In this document: one piece after another, positions 60,461 to 64,000 of the stretch
Layout of the letters: every line of letters starts with the position of its first letter
How positions within the stretch are numbered: position 1 is the stretch's first letter
NCBI GenBank assembly: GCA_037127815.1
Contig: JBAXXP010000003.1
Span: 24,096 to 88,095 of the forward strand
From: a bacterium
GTDB taxonomy: Bacteria; Patescibacteriota; Minisyncoccia; Phycocordibacterales; CAIZLB01
DNA length: 64,000 nt
Reading direction: 5' to 3'
The notes under the pieces: generated by a model
Database searches by the model: none
Seen by the model: the letters and a program-made list of their open reading frames with translations, nothing else
Told to the model about the DNA's origin: nothing
Position numbers and translations under genes: made by a program

Positions 60461-63400
60461 TTAGTTACCCTCTTCTGCAATGACCTCCTCCTTTAGCTTC
60501 TCAATCATCTTCCACTTTTCACTACCAATGAATCCAGAACCAGCAGGAATTAATCTACCGATGATTACGTTTTCCATTATACCGTATAGAGGATCCTTTT
60601 GTGCCTTAAGTGAAGCATTGATAAGCATTCTGTTTGTGTGTTGAAAAGAAGCAGCTGACAAGAAACTTCTTCTTGTAAGTGAAGCCTCTGTAATACCAAG
60701 AACAATTGAATCTCCCTTTGCCTCAATGAATTCAGCTCCCTTAACAAGATCCTTGACTCTGTTATTCTCTTGATCCAATTCAAATTGTTCAACAATATCA
60801 CCAATTGCAAATTGAGTATCTCCCGCAACCTTAATCTTTATACGTGAGAACATTTGACGAACAATAATTTCAATGTGCTTTCTTGAAACATTTTCTCCTT
60901 GTAATTCATAAATCTTCTTAACTTCAGCAATGATATATTCTTGAGTACGAGCTTGTCCTGCGTATGCAAACAACTCTTCAACGCTGGCGTGACCATCTGT
61001 TACAATATCTCCCTTTGATACATGTTGTCCAATTTTAATTAGAGGAACACGGGCATAGTGACATGTGTATTCAATTTCACTTCCTTTCTTACTCTTTGTA
61101 GGAACATCAGGAAGAAGCTTTATTATTTTTTCTTTTCCAACTTCTCTAATGTCTGTAATCATACCATCGTGTGATATAACAACAGCTGCATTTTTTGGAT
61201 TTCTCTTTTCAAATACTTCTTCAACACGAGGAAGTCCGGCTGTAATATCTCCTCCGACAACAGCAACTCCTCCTGAGTGGAATGTACGCATAGTTAGCTG
61301 TGTACCTGGCTCTCCAATAGCTTGTGCTGCAATTGTTCCTACAGCTTCACCTGTTTCTACTAATGCATTTTTACCAAGGTCAGATCCATAACACATTCTA
61401 CAAATACCTCCTGGAGTTTTACATACAAGTGGTGATCTAACAAAAACTTCAGTTACACCTAGCTTATCAAGTTTCTTAGCATCCTCTTTTGTAATCAGGT
61501 GATTTCTCTTGTGTATAACTTCACCTTCTGCATTTAGAATATCTTTTGCAAGAACACGTCCTGATGAAATCTTTAACATTGAAAGGTCAATACCTGATGA
61601 ACCAATTTTGTTAACAATAATACCTTCCTTTGTTCCACAATCCTCTTCTGTAATCATCACACTTTGTGCAACAACGAATAGCTTTCTAGTTAAGTAACCA
61701 GACTTTGCGGTGTTAAGTGCGGTATCAGTCATACCCTTTCTGGCTCCGTGAGATGAAATGAAATATTCAATAGGTGTAAATCCTTCTTTGAAAGATGAAA
61801 TAATTGGAAGCTCCAATGTCTCTCCTTGAGCGTTTGCAATAAGTCCTTTCATACCAACCATCTGTGTAAGGTTACCAACAGAACCTCTAGCTCCTGAAAT
61901 AACCATGTCATATACAGGACTTGTACTATCTAGATTGTCAGAAACAAGTTTTTCAATTTGTGACTTTGTATCTTGCCAAATTGAAACGTTCTTTCTGTGC
62001 TTCTCTTCCTTTGAAAGAAGACCTTCATTGTATTGTTCAAGAACCTCAAGAGATTTATCTTCTGCAATTTTAACAAGTTCAGCCTTTCCTTCTGGAATTT
62101 TAACATCGTCCAATGACCAAGTAACTCCTGACTTTGTAAGATATTTGAAACCAAAATCTTTAAGTGCATCAATAAATGGTGCGACTCTACTAATACCTTC
62201 TACGGTAATAATGTCATCAATAATTGAGTTCAAAATTGATTTAGTAATTTCCTTATTTACGAATGGCTGACTAGCTGGCAAAACGTTGTTGAACAAAATT
62301 CTTCCAATACTTGTTTCAAACATTTTTCCTCTATTCTCTCCATACTTTTCTTCATCTGGCGCAATAACATTAATTTTTGCTCTATATGAAAGTGCGTTAA
62401 AACTAAGTGCTTGAATAGCATCGTCAAAAGATGAAAAATACTTTCCTTCCCCCATATCTCCAGCGATATATCTAGACATCCAGAAAGATCCAAGAACAAT
62501 ATCCAACAACTTTGCGGTAACAGTTGGGTCTCCAGAACCAGGCTTTAGAATGTTTTTATCAGCAGCCATAATTTCTTTAGCTTCTTTTTGAGCTTCTTCA
62601 GAAAGTGGGACGTGAATGGCCATTGTGTCACCATCAAAGTCAGCGTTAAAAGGTGAACAAACTAGGGGGTGAATTTGAATAGCATTTCCTTCAATTAGAA
62701 CTGGCTTGAATGCCATAATTGAAAGTCTGTGAAGAGTAGGTGCACGGTTTAGAAGCACATACTTTTCCTTAATAACTTCTTCAAGAATTGCCCAAACTTC
62801 AGGAATACCATCATCAATTAATCTTGATGCTCCTCTGATGTTGAAAGCAGCTTCCTTTCTAATAAGTTCTGAAACAACGAATGGTCTAAACAACTCAAGC
62901 GCCATGTGCTTTGGAACTCCACATTGATCAAGCTTAAGATTTGGACCTACGACAATTACAGAACGTCCGGAATAGTCAACACGCTTTCCAAGAAGGTTTT
63001 GACGGAACAATCCTCTTTTACCTTTTAGGTTATCAGCAAGAGATTTAAGTGGTCTTCTTTGCGCTGCATTTAGTCCTGCAAAAGATGCATTACCATGTCT
63101 GATTGTATTATCAATCAAAGCGTCAACTGCTTCCTGTAAAATACGCTTTTCATTTCTTAGAATAACGTCAGGGGCATTAATTTCCTTAAGTTTCTTTAAA
63201 CGATTATTTCTGTTGATCACACGTCTGTACAAGTCATTAACATCTGATGTTGCATGACGTCCTCCTTCAAGCGCAACCATAGGGCGAAGTGCTGCAGGAA
63301 TAACAGGAAGCGCATTGATAAACATCCACTCAGGTCTAATCTTTGAACGAACCATTGATTTAATAAGAGCAAGTCTCTTAATCATTTTCTCACGGTCTGC

Positions 63401-64000
63401 TGCACTAACTTTAGTAAAATCAATTTCTAATTGTGCCAAAAGTTTTGACAAATCAAGATTTTTGAAAATATTAAAAACAGCTTCAGCTCCGATTCCAGCT
63501 TCAAAAGCAACACCAAATCTCAATGAGAATTTGTGGTATTGATTTTCATCCAAAACTCTACCAACTTGAATACTTTCAATATCGCGCTTTGCTGACATCA
63601 AAAGATCTGTTAGTGCCTCTTTTGTTTTTTCATCAGTAACAGTTTTTACCTTATTCTTGAATTCACCATCTAATTCTTTTAGAAGTCTAGTTTTTTCTTC
63701 ATCGTTAACATGCGTAATTAGGTAACCAGCAAAATATATAACTTTTTCAACATCACCTTGACTCATTCCAAGAACTTGAGCGACACGAGAAGGCATAGTT
63801 CTCAAATACCAGATATGAGAAACAGGAACACAAAGTTCAATATGTCCCATTCTCTCACGTCTAACAATTGACTTAGTTAATTCAACTCCACATTTTTCAC
63901 AAACAATACCCTTGTATCTAATACCCTTGTACTTTCCACAATAACACTCAAAGTCTCTTTCAGGTCCAAAGATTTTCTCATCAAATAGACCATTTTTCTC
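60461..64000 (-). CDS. rpoC: RNA polymerase beta' subunit (5' end outside window)
   Basis: NADFDGD catalytic motif, LLGKRVDYSGRS and GEPGTQLTMRTFH; frame stays open to position 64000. Confidence 0.98.
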   Translation of the reverse strand, partial: EKNGLFDEKIFGPERDFECYCGKYKGIRYKGIVCEKCGVELTKSIVRRERMGHIELCVPVSHIWYLRTMPSRVAQVLGMSQGDVEKVIYFAGYLITHVNDEEKTRLLKELDGEFKNKVKTVTDEKTKEALTDLLMSAKRDIESIQVGRVLDENQYHKFSLRFGVAFEAGIGAEAVFNIFKNLDLSKLLAQLEIDFTKVSAADREKMIKRLALIKSMVRSKIRPEWMFINALPVIPAALRPMVALEGGRHATSDVNDLYRRVINRNNRLKKLKEINAPDVILRNEKRILQEAVDALIDNTIRHGNASFAGLNAAQRRPLKSLADNLKGKRGLFRQNLLGKRVDYSGRSVIVVGPNLKLDQCGVPKHMALELFRPFVVSELIRKEAAFNIRGASRLIDDGIPEVWAILEEVIKEKYVLLNRAPTLHRLSIMAFKPVLIEGNAIQIHPLVCSPFNADFDGDTMAIHVPLSEEAQKEAKEIMAADKNILKPGSGDPTVTAKLLDIVLGSFWMSRYIAGDMGEGKYFSSFDDAIQALSFNALSYRAKINVIAPDEEKYGENRGKMFETSIGRILFNNVLPASQPFVNKEITKSILNSIIDDIITVEGISRVAPFIDALKDFGFKYLTKSGVTWSLDDVKIPEGKAELVKIAEDKSLEVLEQYNEGLLSKEEKHRKNVSIWQDTKSQIEKLVSDNLDSTSPVYDMVISGARGSVGNLTQMVGMKGLIANAQGETLELPIISSFKEGFTPIEYFISSHGARKGMTDTALNTAKSGYLTRKLFVVAQSVMITEEDCGTKEGIIVNKIGSSGIDLSMLKISSGRVLAKDILNAEGEVIHKRNHLITKEDAKKLDKLGVTEVFVRSPLVCKTPGGICRMCYGSDLGKNALVETGEAVGTIAAQAIGEPGTQLTMRTFHSGGVAVVGGDITAGLPRVEEVFEKRNPKNAAVVISHDGMITDIREVGKEKIIKLLPDVPTKSKKGSEIEYTCHYARVPLIKIGQHVSKGDIVTDGHASVEELFAYAGQARTQEYIIAEVKKIYELQGENVSRKHIEIIVRQMFSRIKIKVAGDTQFAIGDIVEQFELDQENNRVKDLVKGAEFIEAKGDSIVLGITEASLTRRSFLSAASFQHTNRMLINASLKAQKDPLYGIMENVIIGRLIPAGSGFIGSEKWKMIEKLKEEVIAEEGN

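Noticed and set aside
62620-62650. RpoC NADFDGD followed by T rather than the usual Q
   Set aside because: Catalytic aspartates are intact; minor lineage variation.

Overview
AT-rich bacterial window in standard genetic code 11. Gene content (compact dnaX, type IV pilin/PilB/PilC, two DsbA-like proteins, eno-gpmI, rpoC-dnaG-rpoD, many orphan membrane proteins) suggests a Patescibacteria/CPR (Parcubacteria-like) genome; this is inference, not a database result. Positions 1-~23580 are a defence-rich composite genomic island abutting the 3' end of tRNA-Gln(TTG). It contains two paralogous large serine recombinases (one with an in-frame TAG), an AlwI-like type IIS RM pair, a frameshifted PD-(D/E)XK nuclease, a ParB-methylase/TerS/TerL-ATPase module, a type I RM operon (HTH-fused HsdM, inserted OLD-like ATPase-TOPRIM and 2TM-Zn genes) and a KAP NTPase. 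The rest is mostly core genome with scattered stand-alone orphan genes. The most striking observation is a structured ncRNA at ~10127-10218 (-) with P1 C4/P4 CI-like architecture. Its unpaired segment is complementary to two flanking cis boxes and, over 24 nt, to the first codons of the intact recombinase 9 kb away. Other highlights: a promoter-to-terminator sRNA opposite an antitoxin-less MazF/PemK toxin, a G11 tract in a pilin gene, and a Bro-N gene flanked by a perfect 58-bp duplication.
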